64,000 nucleotides of DNA from Fimbriimonadaceae bacterium (GTDB lineage Bacteria; Armatimonadota; UBA10988), in NCBI GenBank assembly GCA_020850355.1, contig JADZEX010000026.1, forward strand, positions 8,110 through 72,109, in the 5' to 3' direction. Shown here piece after piece: positions 10,103 through 19,104 of this stretch. The notes beneath the pieces are model-generated. The model had not been told where the DNA came from. It made no database searches and saw nothing but the letters and a program-made list of their open reading frames with translations. Position numbers and translations under genes: made by a program. Position 1 is the first letter of the stretch. Every line of letters starts with the position of its first letter.

Positions 10103-11424
10103 CCACGCGCCGCCGGGAGCGCTGGCTGCTGCAGCAGGTGACAGTGCTGCTGAGCCTGTTGCTGTGCGGGCTGGCGGGCTGGCGCCATCTGCAGGGCCAG
10201 CCGTTGCCGTGGCGGGAGACCCTGGCAGTGGCCGGCTTCGTGACCGGCCTCGGCCTGTTGCACCGGGCGCTGGTCGCGCTGGACCTGCAGGGTGATGAGT
10301 CGCTGGTTCCGCTGATCGGCTGGCTGACCGGTCTGGGGCTGGTGATCAAGCTGCGGTTGACCAGCGTGCCGGTGCAGCCGAGCACGCTGCTGCCCTATGC
10401 CGCCGCCCTGGCGGCGCTGCTGCTGGCGGTCTGGGTCTGCCGCCACCGGCTGGCCTGGCTGGATGCCACCGCCTGGCTGGCCGGCCTCGCGGCGTTTGGG
10501 CTGCTGGTGCTGCTGGTGCGCGCCGGGGTGCGTTTCCGCGGCGCGATGTTCGGACCGGGGCTGACCACGCCGTCGGAACTGCTGAAGCCGCTGCTGGTGA
10601 TCTTCCTGGCCGGCTTTCTGAAACGCCGCCGCGGCTGGTTGGAAGTGCTGGCCTTCGCCGCGGTCTGGACTGGGGTGCAGTTGCTGCTGGTGAAGCAAAG
10701 CGATCTCGGCATGGTGGTGATCACCGGTGCGCTGCTGCTGAGCATGTTCTACGTCGCCACGGGCCGCACGCGGTTCCTGCTGGCCGGTCTTGGCGCGGTG
10801 GCCGTGGGCAGCGTGGTGTTGTTCTACCTGGCGCCGCTGAGCCGCGCGGCCGGCCGTGGCAGCGAGCGCATCGTGACCTGGCTGAACCCCTGGAGCGACC
10901 CCGCCGGGGCGGGCTACCAGACCTTGCAGGCGCTCTTCGCGCTGCGGGCCGGCGGCTGGGAAGGGTCCGGCCTGGGGCGCGGCTCGCCGAGTCTGACCCC
11001 GCTCGTCTCCAGCGACTTCGTCTACGCCGCGCTGGCCGAGGAGTTTGGCCTGCTTGGCTGCGGGCTGGTGCTGGCCTGCTACCTGGCCCTGTTTCGGCGC
11101 GGCTGGCGGATCGCCACGTTGGCCAGCGACCCCTTTCGGCAGCGCCTGGCGATCGGTTGCGTCACCGTGCTGGCGATCCAGACACTGCTCAACATCGGCG
11201 GTGTGGTACGCTTCTTGCCGATCACCGGCATCACGCTGCCCCTGGTCAGTCACGGCGGCAGTTCGCTGGTGGTCTCACACCTGTTGTTAGGCTTGCTGCT
11301 GGCGGTCGGGCACGACCTGGAGACAGCGCCGCCGGGGAGGCGAAGGCGTGGCACGGCTGAGGCATTCGATCCTGGCGCTGCTGAGCCTGACGCTTGGGAC
11401 GACGAGCTGGGCGGATCAGCTTGA
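10093..11424 (+). CDS. rodA: SEDS family peptidoglycan glycosyltransferase RodA/FtsW
   Basis: About 10 TM segments and conserved SEDS motifs (SDFVYAALAEEFG, PLVSHGGSS). Follows PBP2. Confidence 0.8.
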   Translation: MGVTTRRRERWLLQQVTVLLSLLLCGLAGWRHLQGQPLPWRETLAVAGFVTGLGLLHRALVALDLQGDESLVPLIGWLTGLGLVIKLRLTSVPVQPSTLLPYAAALAALLLAVWVCRHRLAWLDATAWLAGLAAFGLLVLLVRAGVRFRGAMFGPGLTTPSELLKPLLVIFLAGFLKRRRGWLEVLAFAAVWTGVQLLLVKQSDLGMVVITGALLLSMFYVATGRTRFLLAGLGAVAVGSVVLFYLAPLSRAAGRGSERIVTWLNPWSDPAGAGYQTLQALFALRAGGWEGSGLGRGSPSLTPLVSSDFVYAALAEEFGLLGCGLVLACYLALFRRGWRIATLASDPFRQRLAIGCVTVLAIQTLLNIGGVVRFLPITGITLPLVSHGGSSLVVSHLLLGLLLAVGHDLETAPPGRRRRGTAEAFDPGAAEPDAWDDELGGSA

Positions 11425-13249
11425 GATCCTGGTGACCGCAGCCGGCCGGCCGCGGCCCGGGGTGCTGGTCCGAGCCCTGCCGCTGCGCGAGGACGGTGGC
11501 CTGGCTTACGGCAACACCTGTGCGCGGGCGACCACCGGGCCCAACGGCCGCTGCCGGCTGCGCGACCTCGACCGCGGCAGCTACCGCGTCGAAACGCTGC
11601 CGGCGGGACCGCTGGCGGCGCAGGCAGTGGTCCATTTCCCGCCGGCCGGACCCTGCCAGGGCATCTTGCGCCTGCCCGGCCCAGGCCGGCCCAGCGGTCT
11701 GACGCTGCAGGCGCCAGCGCTGCTGGCGGTCGGCGCGCCGGGCGAGGTGGTGGTGCACCTGGACGGAGAGGAGGGCCGGCCGGTGCGCGATGGGACGACC
11801 ATCACCCTCCACAGCAGCAGCGGCGAGTGGCGCACGGCGAGCGGGCGGGGGAGCAGCCTGACCGTGCCCAGCCGCGGCGGCCGGGCCACCGCCACCGTGC
11901 GGCTGACAGCGCCCGGCAGCGCCACGTTGACCGCCAAGTTGGGCGAACTCGAGGCCACCGCCGACTTGACCGGCCACGGCCCGCTGGCCTACCTGCTGCT
12001 CGACCACGGCCCGCGAGAGGCGGTCAACGACCTGCTCACGCCGCCGCCAGGTAGCCCGCTGGTGGTCCGCGTGACCGCCTGCGACGCTGCCGGCTACGGC
12101 CTCCCGGGCGTCGCCTGCCGGGTCTGGCTGCGGCGCCTGCCCAGCGGCCCGTGGTGGCTCAACAGCACCGCCACCGGCCCCGACGGCACAGCCCTGCTGG
12201 TGGCCAGCGAGGAGCCGGCCGCGGGCGCCCGCTACCAGGCCGTGGCCGTCAGCGGGGCGTCGCGCACCACGGCGCAGTACCTGGTGCAGGAACCGGCGCG
12301 CGGCGCCTGGATCAGCGCACTGCCGACCTGGGACGGGCCGCAGGGCAGCCTGGCGGTGACGCTGCACCGTGGTCCGGAGGAGGGTGCGGCGCTCGACGTA
12401 ACGGTCGAGCCGGCCGGGCGGGTGCTGCTGCTCGACGCCGACCTCAACCCGGTCGAGTCGCTCGAAGTCGCCGGCGATGGGGCGGGCAGCATTGATCTGT
12501 TGCGGGTGGCGCCGGGGCGGGCGGTGATCCAAGTCTCCGCGCCGGACGCGGCGACCGCCTGGGTGCCGGTCGGCAGCGGCTGGCCGGAGCTGCCGCCACG
12601 CACCGCGGGGCCGAGTCAACTGCCCTGGCCGGAGAGCTCCTGGACGGCCGAACCGGCGGCCGGCAGTCCCACGCCGCTGCCGCTGCCCTGGCCGCTGGAG
12701 CAGCAGGCGCCGCAGTGGGTCTTCCGAATGGCCGGCTGGGCGGCCAACTTCCTGTTGTCCGAAAGCGCGGCCGAGTTGCTCGGTCCGGCGGCGCCGCTGG
12801 CCCGCGGCGACGGCCTGGCCTACGCCACGGCGCTGCCCGACGGGCGACCCAATGAGCTGCTGCTGCGCCGGATCTGGCCGGCGCTGGCGCAGGTCGAAGA
12901 GACCAGCGTCGCGGTGCGGGCCTTGCCGCTGCAGTACGGCATCGCCCGCGTCCCCGTGGTCGACGCCAGCGGCGAGCGGTTCCTGGTGCTCAGCCGGCCG
13001 CTCCCCGGCCACCGGGGCGGGGGCCTCTGGGTCAGCGACCTGGCAGGCCAGGCCGAGTTCGTCGCCGGCGACTGGCGGTCGGTGCGGCGCGCGGTCTGGG
13101 AGGGCGACCGGCTGCTGGTCGAGGGCGCGGGCGACGGACCGCGTCGGATGGTCTACCGCGCGCCGGCGCCCGCGGCCGACGCGCCGGCCACGGAGGCGAC
13201 CACGGCAGGAGCGGCGGCCGACCCGGCGAAGGCGCCGGCCGACGAGTAA
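11348..13249 (+). CDS. Secreted hypothetical protein, mostly beta-rich (Ig-like/carboxypeptidase-regulatory-like)
   Basis: GTG start with signal peptide MARLRHSILALLSLTLGTTSWA. 77-nt overlap with the rodA 3' end. Non-repetitive composition. No recognisable catalytic motif. Confidence 0.5.
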   Translation: MARLRHSILALLSLTLGTTSWADQLEILVTAAGRPRPGVLVRALPLREDGGLAYGNTCARATTGPNGRCRLRDLDRGSYRVETLPAGPLAAQAVVHFPPAGPCQGILRLPGPGRPSGLTLQAPALLAVGAPGEVVVHLDGEEGRPVRDGTTITLHSSSGEWRTASGRGSSLTVPSRGGRATATVRLTAPGSATLTAKLGELEATADLTGHGPLAYLLLDHGPREAVNDLLTPPPGSPLVVRVTACDAAGYGLPGVACRVWLRRLPSGPWWLNSTATGPDGTALLVASEEPAAGARYQAVAVSGASRTTAQYLVQEPARGAWISALPTWDGPQGSLAVTLHRGPEEGAALDVTVEPAGRVLLLDADLNPVESLEVAGDGAGSIDLLRVAPGRAVIQVSAPDAATAWVPVGSGWPELPPRTAGPSQLPWPESSWTAEPAAGSPTPLPLPWPLEQQAPQWVFRMAGWAANFLLSESAAELLGPAAPLARGDGLAYATALPDGRPNELLLRRIWPALAQVEETSVAVRALPLQYGIARVPVVDASGERFLVLSRPLPGHRGGGLWVSDLAGQAEFVAGDWRSVRRAVWEGDRLLVEGAGDGPRRMVYRAPAPAADAPATEATTAGAAADPAKAPADE

Positions 13250-13262
13250 GGAGCAGCAGACG

Positions 13263-14072
13263 ATGAAGCTGGCAGTGCAACTGGGACTCCTGCCGGGCGC
13301 CACGGTCGCCGACAAGCAACAGTGGGCGGCCGACCACGGTGTCGAGGGGATCGAGATCTCGGCCTGGAACTACAAGCCCGAGGAGCTCGGGCGGGCCAAG
13401 GACGACTTCGCCAGCAGCCCGGTGCCGATTTCGTCGGTCTGCGGCAACAGCAGCTTCGACTTCCTGGACCCCGACCCGGCCAAGCGCCGCGCCAGCATGG
13501 ACGCCTGCAAGGCCTACCTGCGGTTCTGCGGCGAGGTCGGCGCGGCGGGGCAGATCGTCCCGCCGATCTTCGGCGGGCCGCGGATCAACGATCTGTCGCC
13601 CTACCTGGATGCCATCACCCTCGAGAAGAACCTGCTGGTGGAACTGGTCAAGGAGCTCGGTGACGTCGCCGCGGCGGCCGGCTGCTGGCTGCTCCTGGAG
13701 CCGCTCAACCGGTACGAGCAGCATCTCCTGCGGCGACAGGCCGACGGGGTCGAGATCTGCGAGCGCGCCCAACACGCGCACGTCATGATCCTGGCCGACT
13801 TCTTCCACATGCATATCGAGGAGACCAACACCCCGGACGCGATTCGCGCTGCCGGGCGCTGGATCCGGCACTTCCACCTGGCCGACAACACCCGCCAGGA
13901 GCCCGGGACCGGCGACATCGACTACGTCGCCGGGATGAAGGCCTGCCTCGATATCGGCTTTGGCGGCTACCTGGCCTACGAGTGCGGCGTCTCGGGTGAC
14001 GACAAGGCGGTCTCGTTGGCCAAGAGCCTCGACTACATGCGTGACTGCATCGCGCGCGCTCGCGCGCTGTAA
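13263..14072 (+). CDS. Sugar phosphate isomerase/epimerase (xylose-isomerase-like TIM barrel)
   Basis: AAGGAG SD then ATG. Conserved metal-ligand pattern of AP-endonuclease-2 / xylose-isomerase-like TIM barrels (HxHxxD...E...H...D/E). Confidence 0.7.
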   Translation: MKLAVQLGLLPGATVADKQQWAADHGVEGIEISAWNYKPEELGRAKDDFASSPVPISSVCGNSSFDFLDPDPAKRRASMDACKAYLRFCGEVGAAGQIVPPIFGGPRINDLSPYLDAITLEKNLLVELVKELGDVAAAAGCWLLLEPLNRYEQHLLRRQADGVEICERAQHAHVMILADFFHMHIEETNTPDAIRAAGRWIRHFHLADNTRQEPGTGDIDYVAGMKACLDIGFGGYLAYECGVSGDDKAVSLAKSLDYMRDCIARARAL

Positions 14073-14078
14073 GCGGGC

Positions 14079-14108
14079 CGGGCGAGGCTGGCCCGCCGGC
14101 CTCGCCCG
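14079..14108 (+). terminator. GC-rich stem-loop after the isomerase gene (10-bp stem cgggcgaggc/gcctcgcccg, 10-nt loop)
   Basis: Inverted repeat 7 nt after the stop at 14072. Confidence 0.3.
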
Positions 14109-14143
14109 ACCTTGGGCCGCGACGCTGCGGGCCGGAGACGCTG

Positions 14144-15679
14144 ATGCCTGGACTGCCGCTGGCGACGCTCACTGACGTCTGGCTGAACACCGTTGGCAAG
14201 TACCCCAACAAGGTGGCGCTGGTGATGGATGGCCAGCGCTACACCTACCGCGACCTCGACGCGCGGGTCCGCCGGCTGGCCGGGCGGCTCGTCGAGCTGG
14301 GCCTGCAGCCGGGCGACCGGGTGGCCGTGGCGATGCCCAACTGCCTGGAGTTCTACCTGGCCTACTGGGCCACGATGCTGGCCGGTGGGGTGCTGGCGCC
14401 GATCAACTTCCGCCTTGGCCGCGACGAGATGAGCTACGTCTTCGGCAACGTCGCCGCGGCGGTGATCTTCCTCCACCACGAGGTCGCCCCGGCGGTGCTG
14501 CCGGCGCTGCCGGACGCCGGCCACCGGATCGTCGTTGGCCTGCCCGACGGCGAGCCGTTTGCCGCCGCCGAGAGCGGCCCGCCGCTGACCACGCCGGTGC
14601 GCCTCGACGGCGAGGCGCTGGGGGTGATCGCGCACACCAGCGGCACGACGGGCGTGCCGAAGGGCGCGATGATGCGCCATGTCGACCTGCTTTTCAACAT
14701 CCGCAACACCACGCTGCCGTTCAGTTGGCGCCACGAGGACGTCAATCTGCTGCTCTCCCCGCTGTTCCACGTCGTGGCGCTCTACAGCATTGTGCCCTCC
14801 AGCGTCTACCTCGGCGCAACCGTGGTGGTGGCCCAGCGGCCGGATCCGCGGGAAGTGGTCGACCTGATGGAGGCCGAGCAGGTCACCTGCTACCTCAGCG
14901 TGCCGGCCTTCCACCACCTGGTGATCAGCCTCCCGGACATTGCCCAGCGCGACCTGCGGAGCTTGCGGATGATCGGCTACAGCGGGTCGCCGATGCCGGT
15001 GCGGACCATCCACCGCCTGGCGGAGCTGTTCCCGCACGCCCGGTTGCACAACTTCTTTGGCCTCACCGAGACCATTTCACTGACCCACATCACGCCCAGC
15101 CCGTGCGCCGTCAGCCACGCCGAGAGCATCGGCAAGACCATCCCCGACGTAGGGGTCCGGATCGTCCGCGAAGACGGCAGCGACTGCGACTTCGGCGAGA
15201 CTGGCCTGCTGCACATCCACCGCGAGAACACCATCCGCGGCTACTGGAACCGGCCTGGCTTGCTGGAAGAGGCGCTCACGGCCGACGGCCAGTGGTTCAA
15301 CACCGGTGACCTGGCGCGGGTCGATCCGGATGGCTTCGTGTACCTGGAAGGCCGCCAGAAGGAGATGATCATCGTCGCCGGCGAGAACGTCTTCGCGCTG
15401 GAGGTCGAACGCTGCCTGCTGCAGTTGGACGGGCTGAAAGAAGTGGCCGTGGTCGGGATCCCCGCGACCGGCGCCCGGGCGGCGCTGGGCGAGCTGGTGA
15501 AGGCCGTGGTGGTGCTGCTGCCCGGCGCCGCACTGACAGCCCGTGACATCCGGCGGCACTGCGTCGAGCGGCTGGCCAGCTACAAGGTGCCGCAGGTGGT
15601 CGAGTTCCGGGAGGCCCTGCCGCGCAACCCGTCGGGCAAGGTCCTGAAGCGCGAGCTGGTCGCGCCGGCGGGCGGGTGA
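14144..15679 (+). CDS. AMP-dependent acyl-CoA synthetase/ligase (fatty-acid-CoA ligase family)
   Basis: AMP-binding motif IAHTSGTTGVPKGAMM, YGxTE-like GLTETI, C-terminal PRNPSGKVLKREL. Confidence 0.8.
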   Translation: MPGLPLATLTDVWLNTVGKYPNKVALVMDGQRYTYRDLDARVRRLAGRLVELGLQPGDRVAVAMPNCLEFYLAYWATMLAGGVLAPINFRLGRDEMSYVFGNVAAAVIFLHHEVAPAVLPALPDAGHRIVVGLPDGEPFAAAESGPPLTTPVRLDGEALGVIAHTSGTTGVPKGAMMRHVDLLFNIRNTTLPFSWRHEDVNLLLSPLFHVVALYSIVPSSVYLGATVVVAQRPDPREVVDLMEAEQVTCYLSVPAFHHLVISLPDIAQRDLRSLRMIGYSGSPMPVRTIHRLAELFPHARLHNFFGLTETISLTHITPSPCAVSHAESIGKTIPDVGVRIVREDGSDCDFGETGLLHIHRENTIRGYWNRPGLLEEALTADGQWFNTGDLARVDPDGFVYLEGRQKEMIIVAGENVFALEVERCLLQLDGLKEVAVVGIPATGARAALGELVKAVVVLLPGAALTARDIRRHCVERLASYKVPQVVEFREALPRNPSGKVLKRELVAPAGG

Positions 15680-15682
15680 GGC

Positions 15683-17737
15683 TCAGAAGCCCCCGCGCGC
15701 TTCGAGGAAGACGCTGGTCTCGCTGCGGTCGTTGGCGACCACCCCGCCCTGGTTCAGCCGCTGCCGGTAGCGCGCGCCGACGCCAAGGGTGAAGTTGGGC
15801 GTCAGATCGTAGCGGCCGACCACCTCGACGCGGGTGGTCTCCGGCTGCACCGGGCTGCTGCGCAGTTGGCGGTAGTACTCTAGCAGCACGTTGAGGTCGG
15901 CCCGACCGGTGAGCCGCTGATGGCCATCCAGCCGTACGCCGACCGAGTCCTGGCCGTAGGGGTGGCCCAGCAGCACGCCGTCGCGGAGCCAGGCCAGGCC
16001 GACGTCCATCTGGCCGACATAGGTGCCCTGGTCGGGGATCAGGGCTACCTCGAGGCGGTAGCTGGTGCCCGGCAGACGACCCGCTGGGGTGAGATGCAGG
16101 CCGCCCAGGAAGCCGATCCGCTGGCGGGTTGTGGGCGGCGCTGGCGAGAAATCAAACTCGTCGGCAAAGACCTGGCCGTAGAGCGCCACGCCTTCGTTGA
16201 AGCGGTAGGAGGCGTCGAAGGCACCCAGGAAGTTGCCGCTGCCGCCGACCCGCGCCGCACCGGCGGTGAAGCGCACGGCGTACAACGGCAGCGGCAGGAA
16301 GCCGGCCACGGCCTGACTGCCGCGGTCGGTGATCAGCCCGAAGCCCAGCCCCAGGCTGAGCCGCCGGTTGGGCTGGTACTCGTACCGCTGCAGCGCCAGG
16401 TAGCGCTCGCCGCCGGTCACCTTGAACAGGCCGACGGCGTGCTCGTAGCGGAACGGCCGGCCCCAGAACTTGGTGTGGTAGCGGTACGCGAGGTGGTCCA
16501 GCGGCTGCGCGCGGTCGCTCGCCAACAGGTCGTTGCGCCCGAAGCCCTGCCGCAGCGGCTGCCGCGCGAAGCTCAGGCCGAAGTGGCGGGAGAGGTCGTA
16601 GTCGAGCTGGTAGCCGGCCAGGTAGCTGCGGTCACGGTCATCCGGCAGCGCGTCCGAGCCCTCGGTGCTGCCGGTCAGGTTCCAGCGCAGCCGGCTGCCG
16701 AAGCGGCCCTGCACGGCCACCTCGGCGCGGCCGGTGGTGGCGTCGTCACCGCCGCCCAGGCGACCCTCGGCAAACCCGGTCACCCACCACGGGGCGTTGG
16801 TCTGCGGCAGGTCCGAGAGGCGTCGCTGGAGCGCCGGCAGATCGATGCCGCGAGCCGCGAGGTCTTCGCGAAACTCCTGCACCAGCCCCGCCAGCGCGCC
16901 GTTCTGGGCGGCGCTGAGGTGGTGGGCCGGCCAGTCGCGGTCGCGGTCAAGCAGGCGCCGAACGCCGCCGGCCAGGATATCGGCCAACTGCCCGCGGGTG
17001 TAGATGGCCTGGCTCTCGCCGTCAAACTGGCGGCGGCCGGTCCCCGGGAAGAAGCCGTGCGCGGCCAGCGTGGCGAAGGTGTCGTAGAACGGGTGGTCGC
17101 CGCTGAGCACCCGCTCCTGCGGTGCCGGGTGCGGCCGCCGCGGCGGGGGCGTCGTGGCGGGTGGCGGCGGTCGGTCGCTGATGACGGCGCTGGCGGTGCC
17201 GCCGCGGTAGGAGATGCGGTCGCCCAGCCGCAAGGCCAGCTCGCCGCCGGTGGCCTCGGCACGCCACTCGCGGCCGGTGCCGGGAACCAACTGCACCTGC
17301 CCGACGCGCTGACCTTCGCGCACCACCGCGGCGGCCTGCTGCTGGTCGGCCGCGGTCGGCAGCATCGCCGTCGCCGCGCCTTGTTCGATGCGGGTCACCG
17401 TGCCGGTCCACTGCGGTACTGGCAGCGCTTTGTTGAGCGGCTGGGGCGGCTCGTCGGTGGTCAGTCGGAGGGCCAGCGGGCGACCGACCTGCCAGCCAGC
17501 GGGCGGCCCGGCCGGTAGCCGGAGCACTACTTCGCGACCGCTGCAGTGGTCGACCACGACGCGGCCGGGGGAGTCGTCCCAGGCCAGCACGGCGCGCGGT
17601 GCCAGGGTGACCGGTTCGCGCGACATCACCACGGCGCTGGTCGGGTCCAGGAGGACCAGCACGACCTCGACGGCCGCCCCCGCCGGCAGGGTCAGCAGTC
17701 CCAGGCCCAGCAGCCAGCGCCAAGCAGTGGCCCGCAA
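15683..17737 (-). CDS. Large secreted outer-membrane-like protein; C-terminal beta-barrel (Wzi-like?) ending in Phe
   Basis: Signal peptide MRATAWRWLLGLGLLTLPAGAA. C-terminal region shows alternating hydrophobic beta-strand periodicity and a terminal GGF. Confidence 0.45.
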   Translation of the reverse strand: MRATAWRWLLGLGLLTLPAGAAVEVVLVLLDPTSAVVMSREPVTLAPRAVLAWDDSPGRVVVDHCSGREVVLRLPAGPPAGWQVGRPLALRLTTDEPPQPLNKALPVPQWTGTVTRIEQGAATAMLPTAADQQQAAAVVREGQRVGQVQLVPGTGREWRAEATGGELALRLGDRISYRGGTASAVISDRPPPPATTPPPRRPHPAPQERVLSGDHPFYDTFATLAAHGFFPGTGRRQFDGESQAIYTRGQLADILAGGVRRLLDRDRDWPAHHLSAAQNGALAGLVQEFREDLAARGIDLPALQRRLSDLPQTNAPWWVTGFAEGRLGGGDDATTGRAEVAVQGRFGSRLRWNLTGSTEGSDALPDDRDRSYLAGYQLDYDLSRHFGLSFARQPLRQGFGRNDLLASDRAQPLDHLAYRYHTKFWGRPFRYEHAVGLFKVTGGERYLALQRYEYQPNRRLSLGLGFGLITDRGSQAVAGFLPLPLYAVRFTAGAARVGGSGNFLGAFDASYRFNEGVALYGQVFADEFDFSPAPPTTRQRIGFLGGLHLTPAGRLPGTSYRLEVALIPDQGTYVGQMDVGLAWLRDGVLLGHPYGQDSVGVRLDGHQRLTGRADLNVLLEYYRQLRSSPVQPETTRVEVVGRYDLTPNFTLGVGARYRQRLNQGGVVANDRSETSVFLEARGGF

Positions 17738-17825
17738 CGGGTACTCCTGCCACGGAGTCTAGCGCCTCACTCGGCCGCCGTCAACGCAGCACCGGCCGCG
17801 CAGCGCCGCACGCCCCGGTCGGGCG

Positions 17826-17834
17826 TGATACAAT
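17826..17834 (+). promoter_or_regulatory. Extended -10 element (TGaTACAAT) upstream of the ACT-domain gene
   Basis: TGATACAAT 25 nt upstream of the ATG at 17859. GGGAG SD follows. Confidence 0.3.
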
Positions 17835-17858
17835 CAGACCCAACGGGAGCTGCTGAGC

Positions 17859-18392
17859 ATGGCCGCACGGGACTACGTGGTGTTGTCGGCGATTGGCCCC
17901 GATCGCGCTGGGCTGGTGGCTTCCCTGACGGCCTCCCTGGCGGCCGCCGGCGGCAATGTCGAAGACAGCCGGATGGCCGTCCTGGGCGGGTCGTTCGGCA
18001 TCATGATGCTGGTCTCCGGCGCGCCGGGGAGCCTCCGCCACCTGGCGGCCTGCACCGCCACCTGGGAGATCGAAACGGGACTGCGGGTCCACCTCGAACC
18101 CACCGCCGGTCCGAGCGACGCCAACGCGACGCGGCGCTATGAGGTGGAGGTGGAGGCCGCCGACCGCGAGGGCATCGTCAGCGCCATCGCCGCCGCGCTG
18201 TACGACCTGGGGGGCAACATCGTCGATCTGACCACGACGCTCTACCCGGCGCCGATCAGCGGCTCGCCGCTGTTCCGCCTGGACCTGCTGGCCGACGTGC
18301 CCCTGGCGGTCGATCTGCGCCGGATCGAGGAGCGCTTCGGGCAACTGGAAGCCGAGGAGAACCTCGACTGCCTGGTCCGCGTGCAGGTCTGA
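17859..18392 (+). CDS. Tandem ACT-domain regulatory protein (GcvR-like)
   Basis: Two ACT repeats (VVLSAIGPDRAGLVASLTASLAAAGGNV and EVEVEAADREGIVSAIAAALYDLGGNI). Size about 177 aa. Confidence 0.6.
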   Translation: MAARDYVVLSAIGPDRAGLVASLTASLAAAGGNVEDSRMAVLGGSFGIMMLVSGAPGSLRHLAACTATWEIETGLRVHLEPTAGPSDANATRRYEVEVEAADREGIVSAIAAALYDLGGNIVDLTTTLYPAPISGSPLFRLDLLADVPLAVDLRRIEERFGQLEAEENLDCLVRVQV

Positions 18393-18394
18393 GG

Positions 18395-19027
18395 TCAGCG
18401 CAACAGCCGGCTGCGGTCGGGCGGCCAGCAGATCGCGACGGCCTTGCCGCGAATCTCCGACAGCGGCAGGAACGGGTTGGCGACCCAGTGCGCGCTGTCG
18501 TTGCTCTGGGCCCGGTTGTCACCCAGCACGAAGGCCATCCCCGCCGGCACCTCACGCCGCGGGAAGGTGACATCCGACGGGCCCGACACGTAGTCCTCGG
18601 CGAGGACCTGGCCGTTGACCAGCAGTTGCCCGCGGAGATCGATCTCGACCGTGTCGCCCGGTAGGGCCACCAGTCGCTTGACGACCCATGGCGCGGGCTC
18701 GTCCGGCGCCTCGCGCGGGCCGCGGAAGACCACCACTTCGCCGCGCCGCGGATCGCGGCAACGGTAGAGGTAGCGGCAGACCACCACCCGGTCGTTCGGA
18801 CCGTCGATCTGCGGGGTCTGGCTGCCACGCAAGGTGGGCGCCATGCTGCCGGAGCCGACCGGCTGCACCCAGCCGATCTGCGGGCGGATCAGCAGCACCA
18901 CCAGCGCTGCCGCCACCAGCCCGGCGTCGAGCCAGTCGAGCAGGTTGCGCGGCCCGCCGCGCGGCCCCCGCGCCGGCGCTGGCGGGGCCGCCCGGAGGTA
19001 CATCCAGAGGACTGCTCGCAGCACCAT
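18395..19027 (-). CDS. lepB: Signal peptidase I, second paralog
   Basis: GSGSMAPTL Ser box, KRLVALPGD Lys box, GDNRAQSNDS box E. ATG at 19027 chosen. An in-frame GTG at 19081 is also possible. The ORF-track Arg/Gly-rich N-terminal extension to 19924 is rejected. Confidence 0.7.
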   Translation of the reverse strand: MVLRAVLWMYLRAAPPAPARGPRGGPRNLLDWLDAGLVAAALVVLLIRPQIGWVQPVGSGSMAPTLRGSQTPQIDGPNDRVVVCRYLYRCRDPRRGEVVVFRGPREAPDEPAPWVVKRLVALPGDTVEIDLRGQLLVNGQVLAEDYVSGPSDVTFPRREVPAGMAFVLGDNRAQSNDSAHWVANPFLPLSEIRGKAVAICWPPDRSRLLR

Positions 19028-19104
19028 CAGGGCGGTCAGCAGCCAGCCGGTGACGGGTCGCAGGTCGAGTGCTTCCAGCACGTCACGGCCCCTGTCGGGT
19101 GCGC

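Noticed and set aside
10051-11253. 400-aa minus-strand ORF opposite rodA
   Set aside because: Q/R/G/A/P-rich low complexity antisense to the SEDS protein with its conserved motifs.
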